A stretch of 64,000 bases of DNA from Podarcis vaucheri (lineage: Eukaryota), in assembly GCA_965113315.1 (NCBI GenBank), contig OZ220363.1; one strand, given 5' to 3'. Shown here one piece after another: positions 36,311 to 49,472 of this stretch; position 1 is the first letter of the stretch, and each line of letters opens with the position of its first letter. Both the position numbers and the translations under genes were made by a program. A model generated the notes under the pieces. It did no database searches. It saw only the letters and a list, made by a program, of their open reading frames with translations, and had not been told where the DNA came from.

Positions 36311-39265
36311 GCTTTTCAAACTGTTGAGTTCCATACAATGAGTAGCATACTATTTGCTCTTACCTGTGATCATGTCCAAAGTACTTGCAACTCCATTGCC
36401 TCCCTCCCTCTAAAAAGAAGAGCCTGAAACTTGGACTTCTATCAGCAAAGTCCACCAGTCCAGGAGGCTCTGCAGATTTATTATCTGTTCTAATTATTAA
36501 TTACATTTATATAGCACCTCTATATTCCAAGGAGCTCAAGATGGTGTACATGGTCAAAAGAATGACTGCTTGTGTTAGCTGGCAACTTTGCTACAAATGC
36601 CTATCTACAGCTCATTTGATTCCCTCCCTCTAGAGGGCTTCACCAGCTGTCTGGGGCCAGACTGCCAGACACCAACAAAGGGACTTACGCCGAACAACTT
36701 GCATCTCACCAAGATGAATGCAACCCACCAGATATGAATGGTGGCCCATGAAGGGCTTGAGGAACTCTGCTTTTTTCCCAGGCCAATGCATGCATCAGAA
36801 ACAGGAGATTAGATCAGGACTCTGGTAGGCTGCCACATATGGCTATCAGATTGAGTTTGGCTTGGTGGAGCAGAAATTGTGCAGGCCCAGGTTATGGCAG
36901 GCTCCCAAATTACACTTATCACTCCTCACCAATTGTTATTCTTGCCCACCCCTAAAGCTCGCATCCTGCTGCTGGAAATTTGTTTGGATGCAGGAGATGC
37001 TGCGGCAGCATCAAGGGCATTGCAAGGAACAATTCTGGGAGCCGAATGCCCCTCCCTGCCAAACCGAAAAATGCGCCCACATCCCGGTGCAGCTGGAAAA
37101 ATGGAGGGGGCCTGTCTTCCATCCTCTCATGGTATCAGACTGTGCTAGTTACCAGATGAGAAACTGGCATCTTCCATGAGATTCAGATAGCCCACCACTT
37201 TGTTCCTGGGGATTGAAGGCTCCTGGTGTTAATTAGCTCCTGTAATATGATGGATGACAGCAGGAAAGCCAGAAGTGACACAGGCAAATTGCATTCCAGA
37301 ATGAGCCTTCCCTCCTCATCAAGGGCACTGGAAAGGGATCTGGAGAAAGACAGGAGCTGAGCTGCAACACCACCACCTGGACACAGTGTATATAAATACA
37401 ATGAGGCTGTGGGAATCGGGAACAAGGAAGTCCACCCTCAATGCTAACAAGAGAAAACAAAGAGCGTTTGACCTGCCACAGGGGAGCAACACACACAGGT
37501 TTCTTGGGCTGATCCCTGTTGACATGAATAAATTGAATCCTTGAGGAAAGGATAAGATTGCCCTGCCCTGATTTGGTGGTCGAGCCCCTGCTGCCCATGG
37601 GAAGCAAAGGAAGACACAACTAGACACAACAACATACTAAGGAAGAGAAGGCGGCAGCATCCTTTTCTCTCCAAGACTGAGGCCAAAGGAGAACAGATGA
37701 GAACTGGGGCAAGGAGGCAGTTGGGTGGGAAAGAGAAAACCAGCCATGTATCTCCCATGATGAAGTTAGGGATGGGAGATGAGACAGGCCAGGGAAACTG
37801 GAAGGGATGGCCTGGGTACTGCAGCACCATACCACAGAGGTATAAAATATTAATATAAAGTTAAAAGGGGGGTATATCCCTAGTGTATGAACATCCATAC
37901 ATCACCTTAGTTCATTGTATCAACTGCCAGTGCATAGTCATCCCATTCTCCTGCAGTCTTCTCTCTCTTCAAGCACACATTGTCCTAGGACCAGCTCATC
38001 CACTAGACAAACACAGTACTAGCACTGCATGCAAGCCCTGCAAGGGGAAATGGAGATACTATGTTCTGCAATTAACTGTCCCAGAAAAAGGATGCTTCCA
38101 GAAGACCTATTTATTGAGTATTCATCCAGATTTGCTTGAGGGGAGACTAGATGATGTTGCATCAAAGGTGGTGTTCTCTCGCACTTCCCAGTGAATTTCC
38201 TGTCACTTTCCTTATTGCAAAAACTCTGATCTTGGAGAAGCAGATCTGTTGCACAAGACCTCCCAAAACAATAATGGTGAGACCTGAATTTTCGGGTATG
38301 TGATTGAATCCCACCTGAAAGCAGTGTCAGTTTGGAAACACCCAAAGGTAGAGCAGCAAGATGAAGAGATTAGGGCAGAGGGGACAGAAATCTACAGTGG
38401 GGATTGCAAAGAGACAGGAATCAAGACCAAGAGATACATCTAACCCGATTTATAGATCCTAATAATGTCTAGGACCAACTCCATTCTCCACTTACAAAAT
38501 AACAATTACAGAGTTCTATTTATCCACCCTAAGCTTGCTGTATTGAAATGCAACCTTCACAAATTCAGAGCAATCACCTGGTACAGCTCTGTTGGAGCTA
38601 TTACTTTAAACTGGGAGTTGCACATCTGAATATTCCCCCATTTAAACAACAACCCTGAAAATCAGCTCAGTGGCAGATGACAGGCCAGGATGGTTCTCTC
38701 CAATATGTTTGTTTTCTTTAAATGGCAACATTTAACTATGCAATACCCTGTTTACAGTCTAAAGTGGAGAGTCCCAGCAAGACTGTATTATGTGATTACT
38801 CTGAACACAGAGATCAGCTCTCAGGACTCAGCCAGTCCACAGAAATTGTGTTGTGGTTGATTTTCAAAATGCAAGTGATTTTTAAAATGGAAAGTGGAAT
38901 AAGGGGCACTTTGAACTTGGAACCAGGGGGAAGAAAAAGGAGCCACCGAAAAGGAGTGCTCACTTGTCTCCCAAACACATTCAGTACACTGACAACACTC
39001 CTTCCAGATCAAGGCTTAGTTGCAAAAGCCTTTTGCACGTCAAACATATTGCGTGTCAATAACTATATTGTTATTGCCCAGACCTTAGTAAGAACAATCT
39101 TTGAGATACTTTTTATAAGTGCCTCAACTTTCTGCATCAAGGATGATCCGCGAGGTAATTCCAGTAACTTCTTTTTGCTGGTTAAAAATGACTAAGCACA
39201 TAAAGGTGCCTTGAGTAAGCATATGAGTCTGAATTGTTCTTTTTAATGAAAAAGAGCTAACTCAC

Positions 39266-39358
39266 CCTAAGACAGTTTTTGACCTTGGCTGTTTGGGGTT
39301 GTTGCTTTCTACGCCCTGATACAGCATCTCCTGCATCTGCCAACTTCCAAACTTCCAC
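39266..39358 (-). other. Candidate 93-nt internal exon of the minus-strand gene
   Basis: Pyrimidine-rich tract plus CACTTTAG|G acceptor and consensus donor AGG|GTGAGT; same strand as the putative exon 1. Confidence 0.3.
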
Positions 39359-40117
39359 CTAAAGTGCAGTAGACTATGCAAAGCTGCTTGCCAGGAGGAC
39401 GGGGAGGAAGAAAAAAATAATGAGGAAAAACAACTCCCTATATTAAGACACACACAAACAGAGAGAGAGCGAAACACACAAACCAGAATCTGAGAGGTGG
39501 CACAAACAGGAAGCCCAATGTTCACCAAAATGATACAGCTTAATTCTACAGGAATCAAGGAGAAGGAATAGCCACTTGCAGATTTTGATCATGGTCATAC
39601 AAAACCCTGGAATCTGCTTTCCGGCTAATGCTATGCTATATATTACATGAAAAGAACCAGTGGAGTATGCACATTATTTGGTGCTAGAAAATATATCTAA
39701 ACCTGGGGTGGTGAACCTATGACCCTCCAGGTATTCTTGGACTCTAACTGCCATCAGCCCCAGGTGACCCGGCCAAAGGCTATGCTGGCAGAAGCTGACA
39801 GGAGTTCTAGTCAAGCAGTAACTACAGGTCTGCAGGTTCCCCACCTCTGATCTAAAAGAGAAAAGCCAAACTCAGGCACTAGCATTTAGCACTTCAATCC
39901 ACAACCTTTTTTTTCCCCCAAAAGAAAGTCCCATTCGTTTTAACAGGACTTCCTTCTACATCATAGGATTTGAATCATGGGGATGTTTTGCGGCAGAAAT
40001 ATCAAAAGTGGCCAAGGGCTAAGAGGCCAAGAGACCTGAGCTCCCATCTCACACCAGAATTAAGTTGATTCAAGGACAGAGATGGGACAGGCCACTGGGA
40101 CACAGTTATCCTTTTAA

Positions 40118-40139
40118 TCATCATCATCATCATCATCAT
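40118..40139. repeat. (ATC)n microsatellite
   Basis: Direct observation. Confidence 0.9.
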
Positions 40140-43100
40140 TTAATTAAGGCTATTACCTTGCCCCTGCCCCAAAATGCCTTGAAAATTATTCAGGCCAAGC
40201 AGAATTTTCACATATTTTGATCTTCATGTTGAAATCGTCACGTTCAATGGGAAAGAATCTTTAGCCAAACAGCTAAGCGAATTACAAAAAAAACCAAGCA
40301 GTGTTTCTCGATCTTGCATCCAAATACTAAACAGTGAGAGGTGGAGGAATGCAACATTTTGTCAGCTTCAAAGAGACTTTTAAAGTTGCAGCATAACTTG
40401 ACATTCCCTTCATCTTCATTTAAAAAAACTTACTGTTCAATCTCTGCTCCATGGATGAGTACAAAAGAACCATCACGGGTATGGGAAAGTAATAACCAAA
40501 AACTCAAGAGACTGATATTACTTTCTCAGGGTGGGAGTTTCAATTTAACAAGTGTAGCACCCCCTACCTGTTGCTTAGCTGGTCACTGCACTATCACATA
40601 CTGCCTTGGTGAGAGCAGCAATACAACCTGCCAGTTACTAAATGGGCTCGAAAGAATAAACTTTCTCAGCTCAGCTCTAAGAGGCTGGACCTGGGCACAC
40701 CTGAGAAGCAAAAAACCAAGGAGCTTTGTCATTTCCCAGTATTTGCCTATGAAAATTGTGCAAATCAGATGCCCCATAAGCCTTGCATCTCGGCTTCTGC
40801 GGTTCTCATTTGCTAGAATTCCTCAAGGTCAGCGAGGAAAAGGAGAGCGAGAAAAAGCAAATGGAAGACGAAGACATTGCACTACGAGCACCTTATTCAG
40901 CCCATTTCTGTTACCAGCTAGTAAAGCAGAAAATATGGAGACCTTTGAACACTGCAGCCAAATTCAGCCACATGCAGAAATAAAGAGGAAACTGTCTGCC
41001 GAGATGACGGAAGCCATTAGAGATCATTCCTTTCTACCAGATTTGCTAACCGCACTACAACACACCCATCTAATGATGGTAAGAAAACAGGTTTGCCTCA
41101 AGGAGGAAGGCCTTTTCTAAAAAGGGAGAAAAGGGATTTCAAAGGGTCAAGACACCGTGTCAACCCTTTGCGCCCAGCTTTCCTTCGCTGCTGTGCCCTT
41201 CCCCACACTTCCAGGCACGCTCTCCACCCACTGCCTAGCAAAATTTCACCCACACAACATCAGCAGGGCTAGAAAGCGGCTGACAAAAAAAGAGAAAAAA
41301 GGAAAAAGATAGGGCGTAACTGGAAGGAGGTTGCAATGCTTTCTTGAGACCAGAAAAAGCCATTTCTCCCTCTTTCTCTCTCCCCCCACCACCCCACACA
41401 TTCTAATGGTGAAAGGCAAGTTTCTTCTGCACCCTCCTGCAACACACATACAAATGTCACCCATGATTCGATGCCCTCCGATCTCATATGAGTATGCAGC
41501 CTTCAGCACAGAAGTACACGGGATCAATTACATCCCTGCTATGTCTGATCAGAAGCACGGAGATGCTGGGGAGGAAGTATCTGGAGGGACAGCGAACAAG
41601 GACAGGCCTGGAGACAGTAGCTTGGTCCTGGATGTGACATGACTCCCACATCCCTCTCCCTTTGTATTGCAATGCCCTCCAGCTTGGACACACACGTATC
41701 TGGCCTTTGTGAGGGGAGGGCGCCGTTGGGTGCCTGCATGCATGCCATATACTCTCCAGTGTTGCAGGCTGCATCTTCCCCAGAGTACGCTTTCCTCATC
41801 CACAGCTGCCTGGAGTAACCTTTATTCCAATATGTCGCAAGCATGTATTTCACGGGTGGTTAAACCGAATCATTATCGCCAGGCATTTACTTGACCAAAA
41901 AATGTTATTACCCATCGCCGAGTCTACACAACACAAAGACACCCACCCGCCTTCTCTTCTCCAGCCCCCTTCTACCTTCGTTACATACCCTCCTTTTCAA
42001 CATGCGAATCGTATGACAACATGCCCGGGCTTGGGGGGGGGGGACAGAGCAGAAGGAGCAGGCGGCAAAATGCATAGGTGTGCGTTTGGCATTTGCTGTA
42101 TTTTCCAGTTCCCGAACAACGCCTATCAGCTCTCCCCCAACCCAACACGTAGATATAATTTCAAAATGCAAGGTATAGAATTAAAACCACGGCCTATCGT
42201 GAAGATCTCGGATATTAACCGTGATCCGCACATGCATTGGGAGCCCAGATATGTGGGGCACAAAGCAAAGGTCATTGTGCTACGGTTGTAATACACATGC
42301 ACACACCCCAAAAAAAAGCAAAAAAAAAAAAAAGCCGCAGAGCCATCAAGAGGTAATACAGAATTTTCTCGTCAAGAGCCGAAAAGCCTACGGGGGGTGG
42401 GTGGGGGGAGGCAAGAGGAGGAGAAAGGGTGTGTGGATAGAAAAACAGGGGAGGAAATGGTAGAAAATGAGGAAGGGGCTTATGAAGACCATACAGCCCT
42501 GAGTCTAATCCCAAAAATTACAGTCCATTGTCCGTCCCCCCCCCATCCCCACTTAATATACCTTATTTGCTCTCCAGTCTCCCCTACCAGCATTACAGAC
42601 AGATTTCTGTATCTTGGTTTTGCAGCAGTGGGTCTAATAACTCGCTGATCAAAACCCCTCACTAAAGATATCCCCTCCCATTCTTTTTTTTTTTTTTTTT
42701 TTAGCTCTGGCCTAAAGAATAATGTGTTTTTAGAGATAATGGTGGCTATTAAAAAAAAAAATAGAAGAGGACACATCACAGACATTATTCAAGCAGCTCC
42801 CCCGCATCACCTCAATCTCCCACAGCACGCACCATGATTTTTTCTGATTCCCTCCCATTCCTCCCCCAACCCTTTTCCCCACCCATCAAGAACGACAATC
42901 ATAAATAAAAATTTACCGAAAAAACCAACAACAATGAAAAAAAATTGGGAAACGAAAAATCCACAACTCAATCTGGATAGCCGATCTCAAAATCCCAAGC
43001 ACTAATCCGCTTGAATTCGTTCTTGCCCTTATATAAGCAGCAGCACACCAACATGTTCAGTGGAAACGCAGTGTAAAATGAGGCCAGGGTAGAAGAGCCA

Positions 43101-45099
43101 TGGAGAACGGTGATATCATCGGATATCAGCTCCATCAAGGAGCCATCATCACCAACATGATGAAATCAAATGTGGGGGCCTCAAATTTTAATTTATTTAT
43201 TTACTGACGTGACATTGTTCCACAGACATCCCTTTCCCCTCCGTTTCCCCCCACCCCACCCCCCGTTGTTGTCATATAAAGGATGATAAGGAATACACAT
43301 ATTTTGCTCCCAAAGCATACTCCTCTACCAAGAGATACCCCGAAAGCTCCAGAAAGAGCAACCTCACTGGCCAAGACTCTTGTTTATATTTCATTGAATC
43401 AATTAATACAGCCCCAGTTGTTTTAAGTATCACCGATATTTTGGTGTTCGTAGGTAAAACCCCGAGACGTCTCCCCTTTCCCACAATAGAGAGGAAAGAG
43501 CGATGGAAAATAATTCCATCGATGCCCATAATAAAGGGGCACAAAAGCACATACATACAGAAAGGCAGCAAACTAAAATGGTAACCGTCATCTCTCGCGG
43601 AGGGGGGGAAAGGGGGGGCTTTTCACCAGCCTTTAGATAAACTTGTAGAACTGGGTACCGTGGACCATTTTAACTTAAAATGAGAGCGACAACACCCCGG
43701 CGTCTCATGGTATATTTAATGGCCGATTCTACACGGTGAACAGACAAGCTCTCCTTGGCATCTTCTTTTCCCCACCCAGATAACATCCTTCTCTCTGACT
43801 TTTCGCTAGACTAGTTAGGAGTTCACCCCCGCAAAATCCAGTCCCCAAAATATACCATGGCACAAATACTGGTTAGCGGTCATAGGGGGAAGGAAAAAAT
43901 TCTCTCAGAGATCTGAGCATTTGACACTGGAAAAAATCTCATGCTACAATTGAAGAAGAATAAAAATGAATTGGTTGGGGGAAGGGGGGGAGAAGCTATT
44001 TTCATCGAAATTCTGAATATTCAGGCCAAAGAAGAAATGAAGAATGAGAGGTTGTTAGGTAAGGAGGGGGACCCTGGCATTTCAAAAATGGTTTCGGGAA
44101 TTTATTTATTTATTGGTTATTCTGCCTTTGAGGTCTTTTATTACCTACGCATTCTTTAGTTTATTTTAACCAAAATTGCAAAAAAAACAACAGAGCGAAT
44201 AAAATTCACTTTTGTGGGAGGAAAGAAAAATGTGCTTTGGTTTGGTGTTGTTGAAACAAAATAATTTCAGAGATTTTGTTTCCTCATCATAAAAATAAAA
44301 TAAAATGTAAATGTAAACAAAAGACCATGACACTTGCACGCAGCACTAGAGCTGGAACCCATTGGAAAGGGAATTACATCACTGTCCTTCATGGTTTAAA
44401 ATTGGAAAATAACTGAAGGTTTGGATGTTGGGGGGTGATTTTTTTAATTTAAAAAAACCTGGGTATTTCGCACACATTTTTAATTTATTTATTTTGCATT
44501 AAGAAATCATCCAACCAACCTTTAAGGTCACTCCTTGCCTGGAAGCTCACAGCACTTGCTCGTAGTGGAAGTTTTCAGGCAAAGACAAGTACTAAATCAT
44601 TAATATAAACAAATGGAAGGCGGGGAAGGAAGATTCTTGTAATAGATCCAAAGTAGTATGGGGGGGGAGATCCTTCAAATCTTACTCCCTTTTCATTCCA
44701 CCCCCCTGATAAAAAATATTCAGGGTTGGGATGGGGGGAAAGAACCTAAAGAAGATCTAATATTCTTACAAAAAAAAATATTTTGGCTTCTTAAAGAGAT
44801 CCCTGCCACAGTTTAACCCAGCACTGCCTCTTTCCCTCAAAATAACCATTTTATTTTAAAGCCAAGTGCTCAGTGCAACTGATCGTCGAAATGAATCGAG
44901 TTAAAGGTACTGGTCAAGGTTTGGAGTTTGTGCTTGTCACCTTTAAAAAAGAAGAGGAGGAGGTATTTGGAGAAGATGTGCAGTTTTCCTCACGCTCAGG
45001 CACACGTAAAAATTACTTTCTGGGGATGAGAAAATCCAGTATGAGGGGAGAAATAACTTTACAAAATCCTGTCCACCATAATAAATCTCTATAATACTG

Positions 45100-46030
45100 A
45101 GGGTAGGCGTTTTGGGCAGGCTTGGGGGGGGTGTTTTCTTTTCTTTCGAAGACCCACTCTATTCTTCACAGCTCTCTCTGGTGAGAACTTGGAGCACCTA
45201 ACACCTTCCGAAGCGGGGGAATCTCTCGAGTGGGCGCGCTGAAATTCTCCGTCCGTCGTGGGGAGCGAGGCGTTGTATTCCATCCTAGGGAACCATCTCC
45301 TTCTCTCTCCCGCCCGCCGCCACCGAGAAAAGTCTTACCTTGGTAGTTGAGAAGCGAGTGGGGTTGTTTAACCAACTCTTTGTTTGTTTCCTTCTTTGGG
45401 GGGCCGCTAAGAAATCCAGGGGTGTCTCTTGCCTCTCTCTCTCAGCAAGAGAGTGTGGTGGGAGGGGAAGCGCGAGGCGGGACCGGGAGGGCGTTGTCGG
45501 AGGCGCAAAAACGCGGGCTGCGAAGCAGGCTGAGGGAACGCGCGATGCAGGCAGCGAGGAGCGAGGGAAAGCTTTGGCGCGCCTCAGCCCCTCTCTCCGC
45601 GAGTTGCGTGCGAGGAGAGATGCGTAGAGCGGAGCGCTCTGCCTGAGACTGTCGGAGGAGCCCAGGAATTTCACGCACTCCGGAGCCGGCCCCTCCCCTC
45701 TCCGGCGCGCAGACCCCAGCATTTAAAGGGACAGCCGCGGCTGTGTGTAATTCGGGGCTCGCGCTCCTCCCAGCGCTGTTTTGCAAACAGCTGAGAAGAT
45801 GTAATCTGGGGACATCCTCAAGCCCAGGGATGACTAAGAGGCAGGTGCTCGCCAGCCCCGCTTTCTCACGCCGCAAACTCCAACTGGGGAAGGCAGATAA
45901 CGCGCGCGGCTCCTTCTCTAGGGAAAAGCTACGGTCAATCGAGGCGGGGGGGGGGGTTAAGCCAATTGGCTTCTCCAGAAATTAAGCAGGAGGCGAGGGA
46001 ACAGGCTCTCATAGCACCGGAGGGTGGGTT
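45100..46030. promoter_or_regulatory. CpG island / Pol II promoter
   Basis: Dense CpG and high GC; GC box GAGGCGGGG (45941), palindromic double CCAAT GCCAATTGGC (45961-70), and minus-strand TATA-like CCCTTTAAATG (~45720-45730). Confidence 0.85.
45339..45700 (-). other. Putative non-coding first exon of an unidentified minus-strand gene
   Basis: Begins ~25-30 nt downstream of the TATA-like motif, has no ATG that I could see, and ends at a strong donor CAAG|GTAAGA (45339/45338). The TSS is estimated. Confidence 0.55.
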
Positions 46031-46155
46031 AGGCAAGGAATGATACCTTCGCCTTCATCTCTTTCTATACCCTGTAGGAATTTTAATAAAAATGTTTGCC
46101 TTGTTTTGTTGCATTCTCTCAGTTCTTTTGACTGATGTGGCTCAAGGCTCTTTTA

Positions 46156-46204
46156 CAGAGAGAGAGAGAAAAAGAGAGAGAGAGACGTATAGTGTGTGTT
46201 TGTT

Positions 46205-46240
<36 letters not shown>
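46156..46240. repeat. Compound (GA)n/(GTTT)n/(GT)n microsatellite upstream of the promoter
   Basis: Direct observation. Confidence 0.92.
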
Positions 46241-46242
<2 letters not shown>

Positions 46243-47457
46243 CTATCCATCTATCTATCAGTTCTGCAAGCTGCTCCGTAACTGGGCCCCCAACACTCAC
46301 GAAATGCAAACACAACTGTCTGGATTTTGTCTTTGCAGAGGAGGAAAAACTGGGGGAAGAATGGCGCTCCAGCTATTAAGAGTGGCTTACTCATGCTGGG
46401 AACTAGGCAGGCACTTAAAGTTCACCACTGATAGATCACACACCGCCAGCCTTTCCCATTTAGGAATACAACAGCCTTGTGGAAAGACGGAAGGGTTTCA
46501 TGTCAAGGTGTTTTTTTGTGTGGTAAGGATCAAAAAAAGTAGTTAAACAAACGTGCTGCTATAATATCTTCCTTTCTGCTGCATGTTTTATGTGCTTCTT
46601 TCACGTAGTTATTTTCACACGGCTGTCTATTGTAGGAAATGACAAACGAGGATCTAATAGTCCATTAGGAAGGCACAACCCGGTGCTTTTGCTTTTCAGA
46701 GGATTGAGAAATTAGAACGAGCAGTTTCACTTTCTGTTCCCATTCAGTTCCTTTAACTCACATGCAAGCATTGTATTTGTGGTTGCCAAATAATAGTAGA
46801 CCAGATAGTCATTAACTATTTCAAAACTGGGACCCACATTTAACCTAAATATGCATTCGAGGATCCATTTCTTTCTTTTTTGCCATCTATTTGTGTGGCA
46901 ATGGTGCTTTTGTTGCCACCCACCTTAGATCAGACTGCGTTTATATTTTATTTTACATTTTAAACATATAGGAAAATTCTATTCCTGTCTACTCAAAAGT
47001 AATTCCCATTGAGTTTAATGCAACTTATTCGTAGGTAAAATATCTGTTTGCAGCCCTAATATTCCAGGGTTTGTTTGTTTGTAAGGACACCCAAGGCAGA
47101 TACCAAGAACAAATATCAAATACACTTAAAAATCAATGAAATGCAATAAAAATAATAATTCACAAAACTAAAGCAGAGAATAAAAAGAATTAAACCAGAA
47201 GAGCAAAGAGGAGCACTGTGCCAGCTAACCTTTCTGTCTCATCCTGATAGTTCTCCAAAACAAAAACAGGTTTATGCAACCTGCAAATAGTTTTTTCCTT
47301 TTTTTTTTTTGTCTATAAATTTTGTTAAATAAAAATATAGACAGTTCCAAGAGGCAAAGGAGAGAACAAAATGAACATGTATCATACAGGGAAGAGTTCA
47401 GGTGATCAGCTGTAATGGCCAAAAAAAGTATTTTCCTACATACCTGTCTCCTTGTAA

Positions 47458-47590
47458 CAGGCATGGGGAATCTGCAGCCCTCCAGATGTTGCTGGACTAC
47501 TGCTCCCATCATCCCTTACCCTTGGCCATGCTGACTGGGCCTTCTGGGAGCTGGAGTTCAACAATATGTGGAAGGTCACAGGTTCCTCTT
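47458..47590. mobile_element. Older hairpin hAT MITE copy
   Basis: CAGGCATGGGGAA...CCCTCCAGATGTTGCTGGACTAC.GCTCCCATCATCCC; similar relics at ~19720-19840 and ~39700-39850. Confidence 0.6.
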
Positions 47591-47744
47591 TACTGGCCTA
47601 AACTCTGAAGATGGCGGACACAAGAGAAGGAGCTAGACTTTTAGTTTTAGATGGGCAGCATCATTTGGGAGAAAGCCGTCCCTAAAATATTTTAAATTAC
47701 TACGATACAAAGAGCTATTTGAAGCATGGCTAAAGACTTGGGTA

Positions 47745-48426
47745 TGTCCTGTGGCATTTTTTTACTGCCCCACCCCTTTGTAGTCCCTCATGTCCTCTCT
47801 GTGATGGTTGCCATTGTAACTGAATTGTACAGGTTAGTATTTTATGTGATATAAGGTGAATGTTGTGTAGGGGGGATATTTATAATATAAAGTAGGGTGA
47901 GTGCAAACGAGAGCAGGAGATTTGGATGAAACATTGTCTTATATTGGTGGGGTGTGATAGAATACGGATGCTTGTGTGTCAGCTGAAGACAGTTGGGATT
48001 TTGGAGAGGGAAAGAAAGGGTGGTTGGTGTGGGAGCTGAGAAGTAGGATAGGATAGGAGAGATCGGAATAGAAGTATAAGCACATGTTATAAAATACCAA
48101 GTATCCAAGCACTGTTAAAGTACCTGCTACATTCTGCTTTCACTGTTGTAATAAAGTTTTGTTTCTTCACACCACATCTCATGTTTGACTAAGCTCTGAG
48201 GTTGTGAGAACGCCAGTGATATTAGTGTTTATATGGTGAAACCAGAATACCAGTTGTCGGGAGATTGCTTAAGGTATTGGACCCCCAGTGCTGGGAACTC
48301 TATAAGGCACATATAGGGACCCAGTAGGGCTTGAGAAATCCTTTACCAGATAAAAGGGATTGGTGATTAGAATTAAAGTTCCCTCTTGCTCCTGAGAGGT
48401 GGGCATAGGTAGAGGAGGGCACGACA
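47745..48426 (+). mobile_element. Possible solo LTR
   Basis: TGT...GCACGACA ends, TATAAAA (~48088) and AATAAA (~48150); no convincing TSD and the left boundary is uncertain. Confidence 0.35.
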
Positions 48427-48673
48427 ATATCACGAACTTATTTTGAAAGTTTCCTCAATTTCAAAAGGTCTTCACTCTGGGGCATGGATGAGGGCAACTA
48501 TCTGAGGGTCCCCAGCTCTGTTAGCTGCATGTGATTGGTTTGCATTTCTTTGGATCCCATGCTTGGCTAAGGAAGTAATAGTGCAATTATAACAGAAGAC
48601 AGTTCTACTGAATTGTGTGGGGCTTACTCCCAGGTAATTAGGTCACTTCATTTACCTGAAAGTAAGTCCTATT

Positions 48674-49085
48674 TAAGGATGGATAAATCAGTTTCTCTTG
48701 ATTTCTTGTTTTTCCCATCTTAAATTTGATTCTCCACATTTCCACATCGGTTTGTGATTTAAAAAGATGTCCTCATGAAAATTCACTAGCACTTTAGTGT
48801 AAATTTCTCTTAATATACATATATTTGTATGCAATTTTGCTTAATATGCACATTTTTGCAAAGCAATATTCCCTTATATTTGTAAAAGGTTTTTTGTAAA
48901 TTGTTTTCACTAATATATGCATTTACCCTAGTATATGTCTGTTTGTACACATTACTTGACTGAAGAACTGCATTGCAAAATTCAGAAAACTATGAATTTT
49001 TGAAAGAGGGCAGTGCTTCAGCTCTTGTACTGTTTAGAAAATGGAAATTGGGTAGGTTCACTTTTAAATTTCTACCCCATCCCTA
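48674..49085. mobile_element. Non-autonomous hAT element (TAGGGATG-type ends)
   Basis: TAAGGATGG...CCATCCCTA with a degenerate 8-bp TSD GTCCTATT / GCCCTACT; AT-rich interior. Confidence 0.65.
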
Positions 49086-49302
49086 GCCCTACTGAATTCA
49101 ATACGACTTACTGCCAAGCAGATATGGCAAAGACTACATGCAACCTAAGCCTTATCAGACACTGAAACGCAATTAAGGTTGGTGCCTGCTATACTTCAGG
49201 GTGCTTACTGGGTTTTTACAATTCATATAGTAGTAAAGAATACTATAGACTAATTATTTTTTTATTTAAAAAAGCATTTTTTTTCCTTGTGTGGGAAAAC
49301 TT

Positions 49303-49472
49303 GTTGTTGTTGTTTAGTCATTTAGTCGTGTCCGACTCTTCGTGACCCCATGGACCAGAGCACGCCAGGCACTCCTGCCTCCTGCAGTTTAGTCAGACTC
49401 ATGTTTGTAGCTTCGAGAACACTGTCCAACCATCTCGTCCTCTGTCGTCCCCTTCTCCTTGTGCCCTCCATC
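49303..49472 (-). mobile_element. Bov-B 3' fragment
   Basis: Reverse complement matches ~11615-11795; 13-bp TSD TGTGGGAAAACTT (49290-49302 and 49473-49485). Confidence 0.92.

Noticed and set aside
40341-41120. 259-aa plus-strand ORF
   Set aside because: Non-ATG start, no recognisable domain and intron-like composition; probably a chance ORF.
41484-41853. Overlapping minus-strand ORFs as a possible first coding exon
   Set aside because: No recognisable protein and no clear splice boundaries.
43155-43210. C/D box snoRNA-like ATGATGA...CTGA
   Set aside because: Only ~50 nt, with an AT-rich low-complexity interior, negligible terminal stem and no evident guide.
45285-45876. Several 95-145 aa ORFs over the CpG island
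   Set aside because: GC-rich DNA lacks stop codons; the peptides are R/A/P/S-rich with no homology that I recognise.
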